A DNA stretch of 64,000 nt from Felis catus (Eukaryota): the NCBI RefSeq assembly GCF_018350175.1, contig NC_058369.1, positions 19,966,001-20,030,000 on the forward strand. Reading direction: 5' to 3'. Position numbers and translations under genes: made by a program. This document shows, piece after piece, positions 39,967 through 51,928 of the stretch. Within the stretch, counting starts at the first letter, position 1. Each line of letters begins with the position of its first letter. Under the pieces are notes generated by a model, which saw nothing but the letters and a program-made list of their open reading frames with translations, ran no database searches and was not told the origin of the DNA.

Positions 39967-41790
39967 CTATAATAATGAAGAAACAGGAAGAGAAATAAAG
40001 AAACTGAGCCCATTCACAATTGCACCAAGAACCATAAAATACCTAGGAATAAACCTAACCAAAGATGTAAAAGATCTGTGTGCTGGAAACTATAGAAAGC
40101 TCATGAAGGAATGGAAGAAGATACAAAGAAGTGAAAAAAAATTCCATGCTTATGGATTGAAAGAATAAATATTGTTAAAATATCAATACTTCCCAAAGCT
40201 ATCTACACATTCAATGCAATCCCAATCAAAATTGAACCAGCATTCTTCTCAAAGCTAGAACAAGCAATCCTAAAATTTGTATGGAACCACAAAAGACCCC
40301 TAATAGCCAAAGTAATATTGAAGAAGAAAACCAAAGCGGAAGGCATCAAAATCCCAGACTTTAGCCTCAACTACAAAGCTGTAATCATCAGGAGAGTATG
40401 ATATTGGCACAAAAACAGACACGTAGACCAATGGAATAGAATAGAGACCCCAGAATTAAACCCACAAATGTATGGCCAACTAATCTTTGACAAAGCAGGA
40501 AAGAATATCCAATGGAAAAAAGACAGTCTCTTTAACAAATGGTGCTGGGAGAGCTGGACAGCAACATGCAGAAGAATGAAACTAGACCACTTTCTTACAC
40601 CATACACAAAAATAAACTCAAAATGGATGAAGGACCTGAATGTGAGACAGGAAACCATCAAAACCCTAGAGGAGAAAGCAGGAAAAAACTTCTCTGACCT
40701 CAGCCGCAGCAATTTCTTACTCGGCACATCTCCAAAGGCAAGGGAATTAAAAGCAAAAATGAACTATTGGGACCTCATGAAAATAAACAGCTTCTGCACT
40801 GCAAAGGAAACAATTAACAAAACTAAAAGGCAACCGACAGAATGGGAAAAGATATTTACAAATGACATATCAGACAAAGGGCTGTATCCAAAATCTATAA
40901 AGAACTCACCAAACTCCACACCCGAAAAACAAATAATCCAGTGAAGAAATGGGCAGAAGACACGAATAGACATTTTTCCAAAGAAAACATACAGATGGCC
41001 AACAGTCACATGAAAAGATGTTCAGCATCGCTCCTCCTCAGGGAAATACAAATCAAAACCACACTCAGATATCACCTCATGCCGGTCAGAGTAGCTAAAA
41101 TGAACAAATCAGCAAACTACAAATGCTGGCGAGGATGTGGAGAAACAGGAACCCTCTTGCACTGTTGGTGAGAATGCAAACTGGTACAGTTGCTCTGGAA
41201 AACAGTGTGGAGGTTCCTCAAAAAATTAAAAATAGAACTACCCTATGACCCAGCAATAGCACTGCTAGGAATTTACCCAAGGGATACAGGAGTGCTGATG
41301 TATAGGGGCACATCTACCCCCATGTTTATAGCAGCACTTTCAACAATAGCCAAATTATGGAAAGAGCCTAAATGTCCATCAACTGATGAATGGATAAATA
41401 TGTGGTTTATATATACAATGGAATACTGCTTGACAATGAGAAAGAATGAAATCTGGCCATTTGCAGCAATGTGGATAGAACTGGAGGGTATTATGCTAAG
41501 TGAAATAAGTCAGGCAGAGTAAGACAGATACCATATGTTTTCACTCATATGTGGATCCTGAGAAACTTAACAGAAGACCATGGGGGAGGGGAAGGGGAAA
41601 ATACGAAGTTACAGAGAAGAGGGAGACAAACCACAAGAGACTCTTAAAAACTGAGAACAAACTGAGGGTTGATGGGAGGTAGGGGAGAAGGGAAAGTGGG
41701 TGATGGGCATTGAGGATGGTACCTGTTGAGATGAGCGCTGGGTGTTGTATGGAAACCAATTTGACAATAAATTATATTTAGTTTTAAAAT
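39967..41790 (+). mobile_element. 5'-truncated young felid L1 (~1.8 kb)
   Basis: ORFs 40468..40944, 40941..41171 and 41190..41522 are the ORF2 C-terminus; TSD ataaa(ag)gaagatgtg. Confidence 0.93.
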
Positions 41791-42500
41791 AATAAAAAGG
41801 AAGATGTGTGTGTATATATATACACACATGCATTCACACACATATGCATACAATGGAATATTACTCAACTTCAAAAAATGAAATTTTGCCATTTGCAGTG
41901 ACGTGGATGGAGCTAGAATGTATTATGCTCTAACACAGTAAGTCAGAGAAAAACAAATACCATATGATTTCATGCATGTGGAGTTTAAGAAACAAAACAG
42001 ATGAACATGGGAAATTGGGGGAGGGAAGAGAGGGAAACAAACTACAAGAGACTGAGAAACTTAACAGGAACCCATGGGGGAGGGGAAGAAAAAAAAAAAA
42101 AGAGGTTAGAGTGGGAGAGAGCCAAAGCATAAGAGACTGTTAAAAACAGAACAAACTGAGGGTTGATGGGGGGGGTGGGAGGGAAGAGAGGGTGGGTGAT
42201 GGGTATTGAGGAGGGCACCTTTTGGGATGAGCACTGGGTGTTGTATGGAAACCAATTTGTCAATAAATGTCATATAAAAAAAAAAAGAGACTCTTAACAA
42301 TAGAGAACAAACTATGGGTTGATGGAGGGAGGTGGATGGGAGATGCGCTAGATGAGTGATGGGTATTAAGGAGGACACTTGTTGTGATGATCACTCAGTG
42401 TTGTATGTAATTGACGAGTCACTGAATTCTGCGCCTGAAACCAATACTGCACTGTATTTTAACTAACTAGAATTTAAATATAAACTTGAAAGAAAAAGAA
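41791..42500 (+). mobile_element. Older L1 3' end (continues 39884-39966) containing a short young L1 at 42052-42284
   Basis: 3'UTR motifs; inner insertion flanked by AAGAGACT TSD (42046-42053, 42285-42292). Confidence 0.85.
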
Positions 42501-42597
42501 TATTGTACCATATGGAGGATGTTTTTGAAAGGTATTTTATAAAGCTGTAGAAGAACATAGGAAAGGGCCCTGTAACTTAAATAAAACTAAGATTGCC

Positions 42598-42820
42598 TTT
42601 TTAAGAATTTTTTATTATTTTCAATGTTTATTTATTTTTGAGAGAGAGACAGAGCATGAGCAGGGGAGGGGCAGAGAGCGAGGGAAACACAGAATCTGAA
42701 GCAGGCTCCAGGCTCTAAGCTGTCAGCACAAAGCCCGACGTGGGATTCAAACCCACAGACCATGAGATCATAACCTGAGCTTAAGTCAGATGCTCACTGA
42801 CTGAGCCACCCAGGCGCCCC
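42598..42820 (-). mobile_element. CanSINE
   Basis: TSD aaaactaaga. Confidence 0.93.
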
Positions 42821-43084
42821 AAAAACTAAGACTTCTAAAACAAAAGCAAAATGTAGAAGAAAGGAAATGTAATTGAAATACACTGTTTGGCTCACCAGTG
42901 AACAATATTTAAGTTACAGTCACTAACAAGTTTTAACCAAAAATTGGGAGATATTAGGAAGATAGATGAAGGGAAGTGAATATAAACAAATGTGAAAATC
43001 CTCACTACCATTATAAGAAGCTAATAAATAAATCTAAAACTTCACAAAAAGAGAGCTTTATAAATGTGACATTTAGAAATACTT

Positions 43085-43302
43085 GGGGCGCCTGGGTGGC
43101 GCAGTCGGTTGAGCGTCCGACTTCAGCCAGGTCACAATCTCGCGGTCCGGGAGTTCGAGCCCCGCTCGGGCTCTGGGCTGATGGCTCGGAGCCTGGAGCC
43201 TGTTTCCGATTCTGTGTCTCCCTCTCTCTCTAACCCCTCCCCCGTTCATGCTCTGTCTCTCTCTGTCCCAAAAATAAATAAAAACATTGAAAAGAAAAAA
43301 AA
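43085..43302 (+). mobile_element. Young Felidae CanSINE
   Basis: perfect TSD ATTTAGAAATACTTG. Confidence 0.95.
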
Positions 43303-43412
43303 ATTTAGAAATACTTGATGAATTTTAGAAAAAAACATAATAAAGAGTTAAAAGTACTTATCTTAGGAAATAGTACAGGATGAACAGAGGACTGATAATT
43401 TTATTGCAAGAC

Positions 43413-43729
43413 TTTTTTTTATGTTTGCCAACTTAATAGGCATGATTGTTTCTTATTGTTTAAATTTTCATTTGATTACTAGGGAGGTTGAACATAGTGT
43501 TATAAGTCTACTGATTGAATTGCATTTTTTTTTTCTGAATTATCAGTGTGTCTCTGGCCCATCCCCCCCCCCAACTGGTAGTCTTTCAGCAGTTTATTTT
43601 TTTAATATGAAATTTATTGTCAAATTGGTTTCCATACAGCACCCAGTGCTCATCCCAACAGGTGCCCTCCTCAATAACCGTCACCCACCCTCCCCTCCCT
43701 CCCACCCCCCATCAACCCTCAGTTTACTC
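43413..43729 (-). mobile_element. Short young L1 (43593-43729) plus 3'-transduced sequence (43421-43592)
   Basis: whole unit flanked by perfect TSD TATTGCAAGACTTTT (43402-43416, 43730-43744). Confidence 0.88.
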
Positions 43730-45963
43730 TATTGCAAGACTTTTAAGGTTATTTAACTTTTAAACCTATGTGCTTATATTACTTTTAATACATTTAAATG
43801 TTAATTTTAAAATGTTGACTTCTCAAAAAGACCAAAGAAAGATTCAAGTCTCTTTTTTTCATTTTATGCTGTCTTTTATCCCATGTATTTGCCTTTAGAT
43901 AAAAGAACTAGATATTCAGAAGAAAAAAATGATTTTGAAAGTCCATAAATTTATTGAAAACAACTTATTTTTATGTTAAACTGCATATAGTAAATGCACA
44001 GCAAGTATTTTGATTAAATGTTAAATTTACCGAGAAGTTTCAAAGGAATAACCTTTTAAAACCTTTTTGTATTAACATTTAAATCTATTACTGGAAATTA
44101 CAAAGGCTCCATGTGAAACTTTCTGAATATAATATTCCTTGTCACTCATTTTGCAAGAAAACCTTTATGAATAGGATTATACCTTAAGTTTACATTTAGA
44201 AATTTTGTTTTTCATTAAAAAGATCAATCCCCTGTGCAAGTGTTTAGTGGTAATAATTGGTAAAAATCTCTTTATATGCACAGATTTTCTATTCTATATG
44301 ACAAGAACCAGAAGAATCCCCTAATTCTCCTCAGTTCTTGCTTCTGCATAATAACAAGTCCAAATGCACTTTCAACGACAGAGAACTGGTGCCGCCCAAA
44401 CTAAAAAGCATTTCAAAGGGCAACAACAAAGTATTTGTGTTAATTTTAATTAGCTATGCCTCTTTGGGGAATGTGGACACTTGAAGATTATATAAGAGCT
44501 TCTAAATTGTGGGGAGATCTAACAGAATACTTACATTATAACCTCCTATTATGTTGTTATCTTTCCACATTAGCGTGTGTTGGGAACTGTATTAGTCTGT
44601 TATCTTCTAGTGCTAATTAATGTTTTTATTAGATCAATGTTTGTACTTTCATTTCTGGACTTAAATCAATTGATTAAATTTGCTAGCAATGAAGCATCGT
44701 TTTATTAGTGATCTGACTAAATAGATCTTGTATTTCCTTGTAAGACCCACAATACTTAACACAGTTCCAAATATATATAGCAGGCAATTAATTGTGTTAT
44801 TGAATTGAATAGAATGTCTGAAGTTGCAGGGTTTTTTCCCATATTGGTAGACTTTTGTAGACTAAATGAACCAAAGACTTCAAAGGGCTGAAAACGCCTT
44901 CTGTATGGGGGAAATTTGGCAGAATAGTAATGTAGTGCATACATTTTTTTAATGAGAAAGGAAAATTTATTCCAAACACAAAGGACACAAAAGCAATTGT
45001 AAGAGAGTATTTTCTTGAATTATCTGGTAATAAATGAGAAAACTTGGATGAAATAAAAAAGCTTTCCTAGGAAAAGGTAGATTACCAGTATTAACAGAAA
45101 TACAGATTTAAAAGAAAGAAGTATTAGTATTTGGCTCACCAGACAGACATCTGGCCAGCCAAATATTTATATATATACTCAGCAGAGGTCTCTTTGAATA
45201 TTTTATGTTATTAATTATAAAATATGATGGTAACATTAACAGCAAGCAATTCTATGGGGTTTATAACCAGGAGACAAATTGCTGAATGGTTAGGTAATAA
45301 CATTTTCAGTGCTAATACATTAGGCCATATTTTTTTCCAAAATGACTATATATACCCCCACTAGCAATGTCTATGCAATTCTTAATTAATTTATATTTTT
45401 GATGTACATTGCCCTATGTACTTCAAACATAAAATGATTAAGATAGGGGTTTTTTTGCTTTCTGGGAGGGCAAAGTCTAGAGTTAGGTAGCAAACACACA
45501 GAAATAATACATTATGGCCCTAATACAGGTGGTGATAGTTCTGAAGAGGGATATTATCAGCTGGCCGGCTGAATGCCACCTAAAGGGGAAGTGGTTTTTC
45601 CCTACGGTGCCATGAAAGAGGTTCCAGAATGTCAGTTTTGATGCTTTACCCACACAACGTTTGTTAGACTGGTTTGAAAATTCTCCTCAAATTTGGTGCT
45701 TCTAAAATCTAGAATGACATTTGTTATTGTCAAAAGGGAGTTCACCGAAATTAGCTATAAACTCCTGTATGTAGTTATAATTGAATATTTGTGTTGAGGA
45801 TTGGTAGTCATTTTAGGAGTTAATCAGTAACTCCACTTGAGAAGAATCACTTAGTGTAGTCCCTGAATGTAAAATAGGACAATGGAAAGCATTTTAGGCC
45901 AATAACCTTCCCAGTGGGATATGGGTCAGTAAACCATAGAAAACTTTTTTTTGAAAGCCTGAG

Positions 45964-46170
45964 TTTTAAAAATGTTTCATTTATTTTGGGAGAGAGAGAA
46001 CACAAAATGTGTGCACATGTGAGTCAGGGGAAGGGCAGAGAGAGGAAGAGAGAGAATCTGCACTTACAGTGCAGAGCCCAATGCGGGGCTCAGTCTCACT
46101 AAGCATGAGATCATGACCTGAGCTGAAATCAAGAGTTGGTTGCTTAATGGACTGAGCCACTCAGGCATCC
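45964..46170 (-). mobile_element. Older CanSINE
   Basis: reverse-complement SINE; TSD gaaagcct. Confidence 0.88.
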
Positions 46171-47094
46171 GGAAAGCCTAATTTTTTAGAAACCTTTTTG
46201 TATACATTTTCTTTTATACATATACATTCTATGTGATGATTTCCCCAGCTGTTGGAGGCCTGTTTTATTATATTTAATATGCATCATGGGAACATATAGT
46301 CCCATTAATGAACATTAATAATCAATAATAAATTACTAATATAGCTAATAATACACATGAATATTTAATAATTAGCAAATATGGCTAGTAAGATACATTT
46401 AAATTAACATCTAATTGTATTCAGTTTTCCAAATGGACACATTTAACCCTAAATTAAAAAAATGAAATCAGTCTACTCAGCAACCATCCTTCCTACCCAC
46501 GTGGTGTAGAATAGTTCACCAAATGAGTGTTGTCTCCCACTTCTAGGTCCCAAAGAGAGCAAATAGAAACTCTCATTGTTGCATTTAACAAGACCAGGGA
46601 CTGAACATACCAGGTTACCATACCAGGTTAATCTGCACAAAACCCTGTGAGGTTGAGTTCAGCACAAAATGTTATCCTCACTTTTATATGAGCAAAGACA
46701 AATGTGAGTCAAGATTTAAAACCAGGTGGTCTCACTTCTGCACTTAGGTCCCTAACTACTGTTCCATGCAGCTTCCTGTTAGGTAATTTGAGCCTCACAG
46801 TAACTGAGAGAAAGACAATAAAAGCTTTTATCTCAGTTTTACAGCTGAGGAAAATGTCTCTTGGAGAGAGTAAGCAATTTATCTGATTTCACAACCCTTT
46901 TACATTTAGCTGGGATTGGAATCTGCTTCTTCTAACATCAGCCAGCAGCAAAGGAACAGCATGTTGGGGGTGAGGGGTGCTTCAGGTTAAAGACTACACA
47001 TCCTCCAGAGTAGAAAGCCTGAATAAGCTGGATCTTGCAGCTCAGGAGGTGGTAGAGGGTGTGGAGCAAACAGCACCAAAGCAAAAATCTACTA

Positions 47095-47295
47095 GCAAGA
47101 GCCCATCACTTGGGTGGTTGGTACTCTGAGCTGGAGAGTCTTGGGTTTGAATCCAGACTTTGCCACCTTCTTGCTGTATGATCTTCAGCACGTCACTTTC
47201 TTACACCAAGATTTTTATCAGAATTAAATGAGAACATATAAGTAAAAGACTACAGAATGCCTAACATATAGAGGCTGCTGAATAACAGTTACTTT
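47095..47295 (+). mobile_element. MIR relic
   Basis: ttgggtttgaatccagactttgccaccttcttgctgtatgatctt core and gaattaaatgaga motif. Confidence 0.65.
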
Positions 47296-47336
47296 CTTTC
47301 CCAGTTGAGTGAATTTTTCTTTTTTTCTTTCCATAG

Positions 47337-47378
47337 CACTTATCTAGCCGGCAGAGCGTACAGCAAAGCACATCCCAG
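47337..47378 (+). CDS. DOCK3: DOCK3 internal coding exon (~exon 8), 42 nt, phase 0->0
   Basis: long polypyrimidine tract + catAG acceptor, CAG/GTAAGC donor; HLSSRQSVQQSTSQ links the flanking exons in frame. Confidence 0.93.
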
Positions 47379-48019
47379 GTAAGCAGTCTAACTAGGCCTC
47401 CCAGTATTTCCCTCAGCTCTTTCTTTTAAGAGATCACAGCATGGGGATGCACCAGCCAGTGATAGCCACCCCTGCTGTCTTGATTGTGTGCTGCCTTTAA
47501 TCTAAATGGCCCTGGTCTCTAAGCAGATTTGCCTGGTCTCCACTCACTGCTCTGTGCAAATTTACTTAAGCACAATTAAAATAAAGTAGACGGGAGACTA
47601 AAATGAATCCATCTGGCAGAAAATAGAAGTGTCATTTAGTATGGTAGCTATTACCATCTAACAATGTAAATCAAGTGCATCAGGGTGACAGTGTCTCCAA
47701 AAAATAACTTTGAATTTAGAAGTTTGTGGAGAATTTATAAATTTATGATCTTGTGGAGACTTTAAGTTCACTCATAAGTTGGAATTACTGTTCCTATATC
47801 TCCTCCACTCAGTTTACTTCTTCCAGCTGCATATTTGCCCACTTCAAACCAAGTATATTGACACAGTACTCCCTTACTAGCAGAGAAAACACCTTTTCTC
47901 TCTCTTAAATTATCCCCTTTGGTAGTATGAGGAAAGCCAGTCATTTAGTTTTCATTTTATTTATGACCAGTGCATGAATAACTAAAATTGGAATCACTGT
48001 TTTTTGCCTTCCTCATTAG

Positions 48020-48174
48020 GTAGATACGATGCGCCCACGTCATGGAGAAACCTGTCGGATGCCAGTGCCACATCACTTCTTCCTCAGTCTGAAGAGTTTC
48101 ACCTACAATACCATTGGAGAAGATACTGATGTCTTCTTTTCCTTATATGATATGAGAGAAGGCAAGCAGATCAG
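48020..48174 (+). CDS. DOCK3: DOCK3 internal coding exon (~exon 9), 155 nt, phase 0->2
   Basis: tttttgccttcctcattAG acceptor, AG/GTAAAA donor; VDTMRPRHGETCRMPVPHHFFLSLKSFTYNTIGEDTDVFFSLYDMREGKQI. Confidence 0.96.
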
Positions 48175-49469
48175 GTAAAAGTTACTAGAGGTTGTGGTGA
48201 GGTTGAGATTGTATAAGGATGGTATTGGTTGGGTCATAAGCATCTCTGGCCTTCAGAGAAGATAGATGACAGAGAAAGAAAAACAAGATTAGGTGACCTC
48301 TTCTTACTTAGCAGGGAGTTTTGCCTCAAATCCCAGTTTACCTTGAAGTCACGTGTGGCCTCTTTTCTATCCTGTGCCTATTTCCACATGGAAGTTCAAC
48401 CCCAGTCTTGGCTGTTACCACCTCAGAGAGAGAAGACGATGCAACTCTTCAGTGCCAGAGAAAACGCATAAGAGAAACATAGAACAAAGCAAGTTCAGCA
48501 GAGAGGTCCAGCTCCAGAATACATTACCCTGGGCCCTGCCTTGCTGCACGTGGGAGAGAGGGTTCACAGTGTAGTAGGTTAATGGTGTCCTGTCTAAGAG
48601 CAGCCAAGCCCTCAATGCCATTCCAGCCCTGCAAAGGGGAGAGAGCATCTTCCAGACTAAGGGAAGGTTGGTCTGATTCCATTGTTCCTCTTTTCCTTGG
48701 ATTGGAAGAGAGGCCACAGAACGGGTCTGATATGCAGCAGACCATGTATTTGGGCAGAGCAGTGAAGCCTTTAAGCATGAGCAAGTGCAGCAGTGCTTTC
48801 ATCGTGAAAGGTGGGAGGAGTCAAGGAGACATTCCAGGCTTCTGTTTCTCTACAGGCCAGCACGGCTGTGATGGGTGAGATGATCTTTATAGCCAACTTA
48901 GACTTTTAGGGCATCCAGACATTTCTCTGTGGTCATCTTCTAGGTGGGGTGGGGAGAAAGTAAATTTGGGGATGCTTTTATATTGCTTGGAAACTTTCTG
49001 TATTCAAAGTGCTTTATGTTTTTTTTATTTTTTTTATTTTTTACTTAAAAACTGAAATCATGGTTTCATTTTTCCAATTGCATGTTATATACAAGAAAAT
49101 TAAAAATGGAAGTTATAACAGTACAAAAGGAAATCAGTTAGTTTGCATGCTTCCCAGTACCTCTGTTCTTGACAGACCTTGCCCCGCAAATTAAAACACC
49201 TTGCTTCACTTTCGCATAGGGATAAAATGATACATTTACTGATGGGGGCATGTGGAATTTCCTTGTCACCAGTAGCTCCCAGCATGTGTGTCTAGGAAAG
49301 CTGTGGCTAAAGGTAGTTGTGGCAGGGATGACAGCTACAGCTGCTGTGCACAGGTAAGACTGTAGGTCAGGGCTATGGAGATGCAGATTCTGGCTGCTCC
49401 TGTTTTCCTCCTAGGTCAGAGATTTGTAAACTTATTACTTATTTTTGTATATGGAAGAATCCTTTCTTT

Positions 49470-49681
49470 CTTTTTTTTTAACGTTTTATTTATTTTTGAG
49501 ACAGAGAGAGACAGAGCATGAACAGGGGAGGGTCAGAGAGAGGGAGACACAGAATCCGAAACGGGCTCCAGGCTCTGAGCTGTCAGCACAGAGCCCAACG
49601 CGGGGCTCGAACTCACGGACCGCCAGATCATGACCTGAGCCGAAGTCGGCCACTCAACCGACTGAGCCACCCAGGCGCCCC
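49470..49681 (-). mobile_element. CanSINE
   Basis: perfect TSD AAGAATCCTTTCTTT (49455-49469, 49682-49696). Confidence 0.95.
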
Positions 49682-50375
49682 AAGAATCCTTTCTTTAAGC
49701 TAAATTTTATGAGAAAGTTCAATAAATAAAACAGGTAAAATAGAACTACTTCACTGTTGAAGGGAAAGGGGAAATAATAGGAATCTCACTGTGCCCCTTA
49801 ACCCCACCCAGTATTCTGTGTGACCACTGAAAGTCCATGGGCTGCAGTTTAAAAACCAGAGCACCCTGCTTAATCATCCTTGAGTGCCAGGGATTGTGTC
49901 TTCTCTTTCCATGATCACAGCACCACACACAGTGTCTGTGCTCAGTACATGCTTTCTCGGGCTTACTGCACAGAGAAGATCTAAGCCCAGCAGAGACACC
50001 CCAGCCCTGGTCCACGTGAGGTAATTAATGCATCAGTTGTTTTTTCTTTGGGCTTATTATTTGTAATTGAGCCTCAAGAAACAATAAAATAGTTTAAAAG
50101 AAGAAAAGTGAAAAAAATGTTCTTTTTTGTAGAGCTGCTGGAAATGTTTTGATCTTTTAAAAACCCCTAGACTAAATTAGAGAACTATACCACCTTCCCA
50201 TTCACATAATAAAACTGTAAGGTCCTTAGTTGAAAACACTACTTCCTTTCTTTAGTTTTAAGAGTAAACTAGTAAGCAGAATTTAAATCTAGATTTAATT
50301 GTTAAACATTCTTTCTTCTTTCCATTAGGATCTGTGTAGTTGTATAAGCCTTCAAAAATTTTAGTTCAGTCCCAA

Positions 50376-50989
50376 CACAGTGTGGAAGTTCCTCAAAAAA
50401 TTAAAAATAGAACTACCCTATGACCCAGCAATAGCACTGCTAGGAATTTACCCAAAGGATACAGGAGTGCTGATGCATAGGGGCACTTGGACCCCAATGT
50501 TTATAGCAGCACTTTGAACAATAGCCAAATTATGGAAAGAGCCTAAATGTCCATCAAATGATGAATGGATAAAAAAAAATGATTAATGGATAAAGAAATT
50601 GTGGTTTTATGTATACAATGGAATACTACTTGGCAATGAGAAAGAATGAAATCTGGCCTTTTGTCACAACATGGATGGAACTGGAGAGTGTGATGCTAAG
50701 TGAAATAAGTCTTACAGAGAAAGATACCATATGTATTCACTCTTATGTGGATCCTGAGAAACTTAACAGAAGACCATGGGGGAGGGGAAGGGAAAAAAAA
50801 AAGTTAGGGAGGGAGCCAAACCATAAAAGACTCTTAGAAACTGAGAATAAACTGAGGGTTAATGGGGGATGGGAGGGAAGGGGAAAGTGGGTGATGGGCA
50901 TTGAGGAGGGCACCTGTTGGGATGAGCACTGTGTATTGTATGGAAATGTATGGAAACCAATTTGACAATAAATTTCATATTAAAAAAAA
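50376..50989 (+). mobile_element. 5'-truncated young L1 (~0.6 kb)
   Basis: end of ORF2 + 3'UTR; TSD aaaaatttt(t)agttca. Confidence 0.93.
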
Positions 50990-51489
50990 TTTTTAGTTCA
51001 CTGAGCTGATGATGCCAGCTATGTATACTTTCATAATAATTAGGTATTAAACTGGTCATATATTACTTCCTTGAATTAGTTATCAGAGATCATGAAAAGT
51101 TAGGAATGTGTTAGATCAGGTGCACAGAGTGTTGATACAAAGCAGTCAATCTGATCAATCAAACAGTGCTAGTCTAGTGTTCAGTATCGCCAGGACACTC
51201 TCACCTCTGTGCTGAGGACAGGTTTGAGCCGGGGGAACAGGCTCCAGAGAGGACCAGCTGTTCTTGCACTGTAAGTCTCATTGCTGATCTGACAGACATA
51301 TCTCGGGAGGCTCCAGTGCATGGCAGACTGCAAACCCACATAGCATATCCTGATAGATGTTGGTTGATGAGTGTTAAACAGTCTGCAGGAGGGAAGAGGC
51401 AGCAGCTGGTAGGACATTAGTAGCTCTGACTGTTTTTGTGACATTTTATCATTCTGAATAAAATTGTAAATATTTAGCCTTGAAATCTA

Positions 51490-51900
51490 AATCTCTGATT
51501 AAGATCTCTCCCCTGAGCTTCAGAGCCTCATTTCCTTTTTCCTACCAGACAGCTGCCCTTATATGTTCCTCAGACATTTCTACCTCAGCATATCTAAACT
51601 GAATTCATTTTCTTTCCTCACACATACACTTCTTCCTGTGTTCCTTAAATCAAGTGAAAGGCATTATCATTTGCTCAGAGATCCATGTCAAAACTTTGGG
51701 ATCCTTTTAGGCTCCTCTCTCTCTATCTGCTTCCTTTCTCATTTAACCACTATATTTTATCAACTTCTGTCTCCCAAATATCAGCGAGATCACTCCCCCT
51801 GCTCCATCCCCCCTGTCACCCTAGATCCTTCACATTTCTCCCCAAATACAGATTCCCTGAATCTACTACCTTCCTACCCTGAGTTACTGTCCACAGCACC
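51490..51900 (+). mobile_element. L2 relic (continues at ~58070-58535)
   Basis: tctctcccctgagcttcaga...ctcagcatatctaaactgaattcat motifs; tail ttattgagtgaatgaatgga at ~58515. Confidence 0.65.
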
Positions 51901-51928
51901 ACCATACTTATCTTTTAATATGTACATA

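Larger units (their letters stand above)
31330..43800 (+). mobile_element. Probable HAL1-like element in pieces (~31330-31790, 37667-38290, 42500-43412, 43745-43800)
   Basis: ORF1-like text reads across the 31790/37667 junction (gaagaaatcata..ttttccagag..atgagtctccagattgaaa); no ORF2; ccaggatgacagttgtgca...ggcctaga and 3' end motifs as I recall for HAL1. Confidence 0.55.

Noticed and set aside
45520..45680. Possible extra exon or snoRNA after ctaatacAG
   Set aside because: No polypyrimidine tract, early stop codons and no convincing box motifs.
48229..48878. Overlapping 70-100 aa ORFs in non-repetitive DNA after the last exon
   Set aside because: No recognisable protein similarity or exon structure; could be regulatory but this cannot be supported from sequence alone.
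51180..51230. REST/RE1-like half sites (gtgctga ggacag)
   Set aside because: Orientation and spacing are non-canonical; expected by chance.
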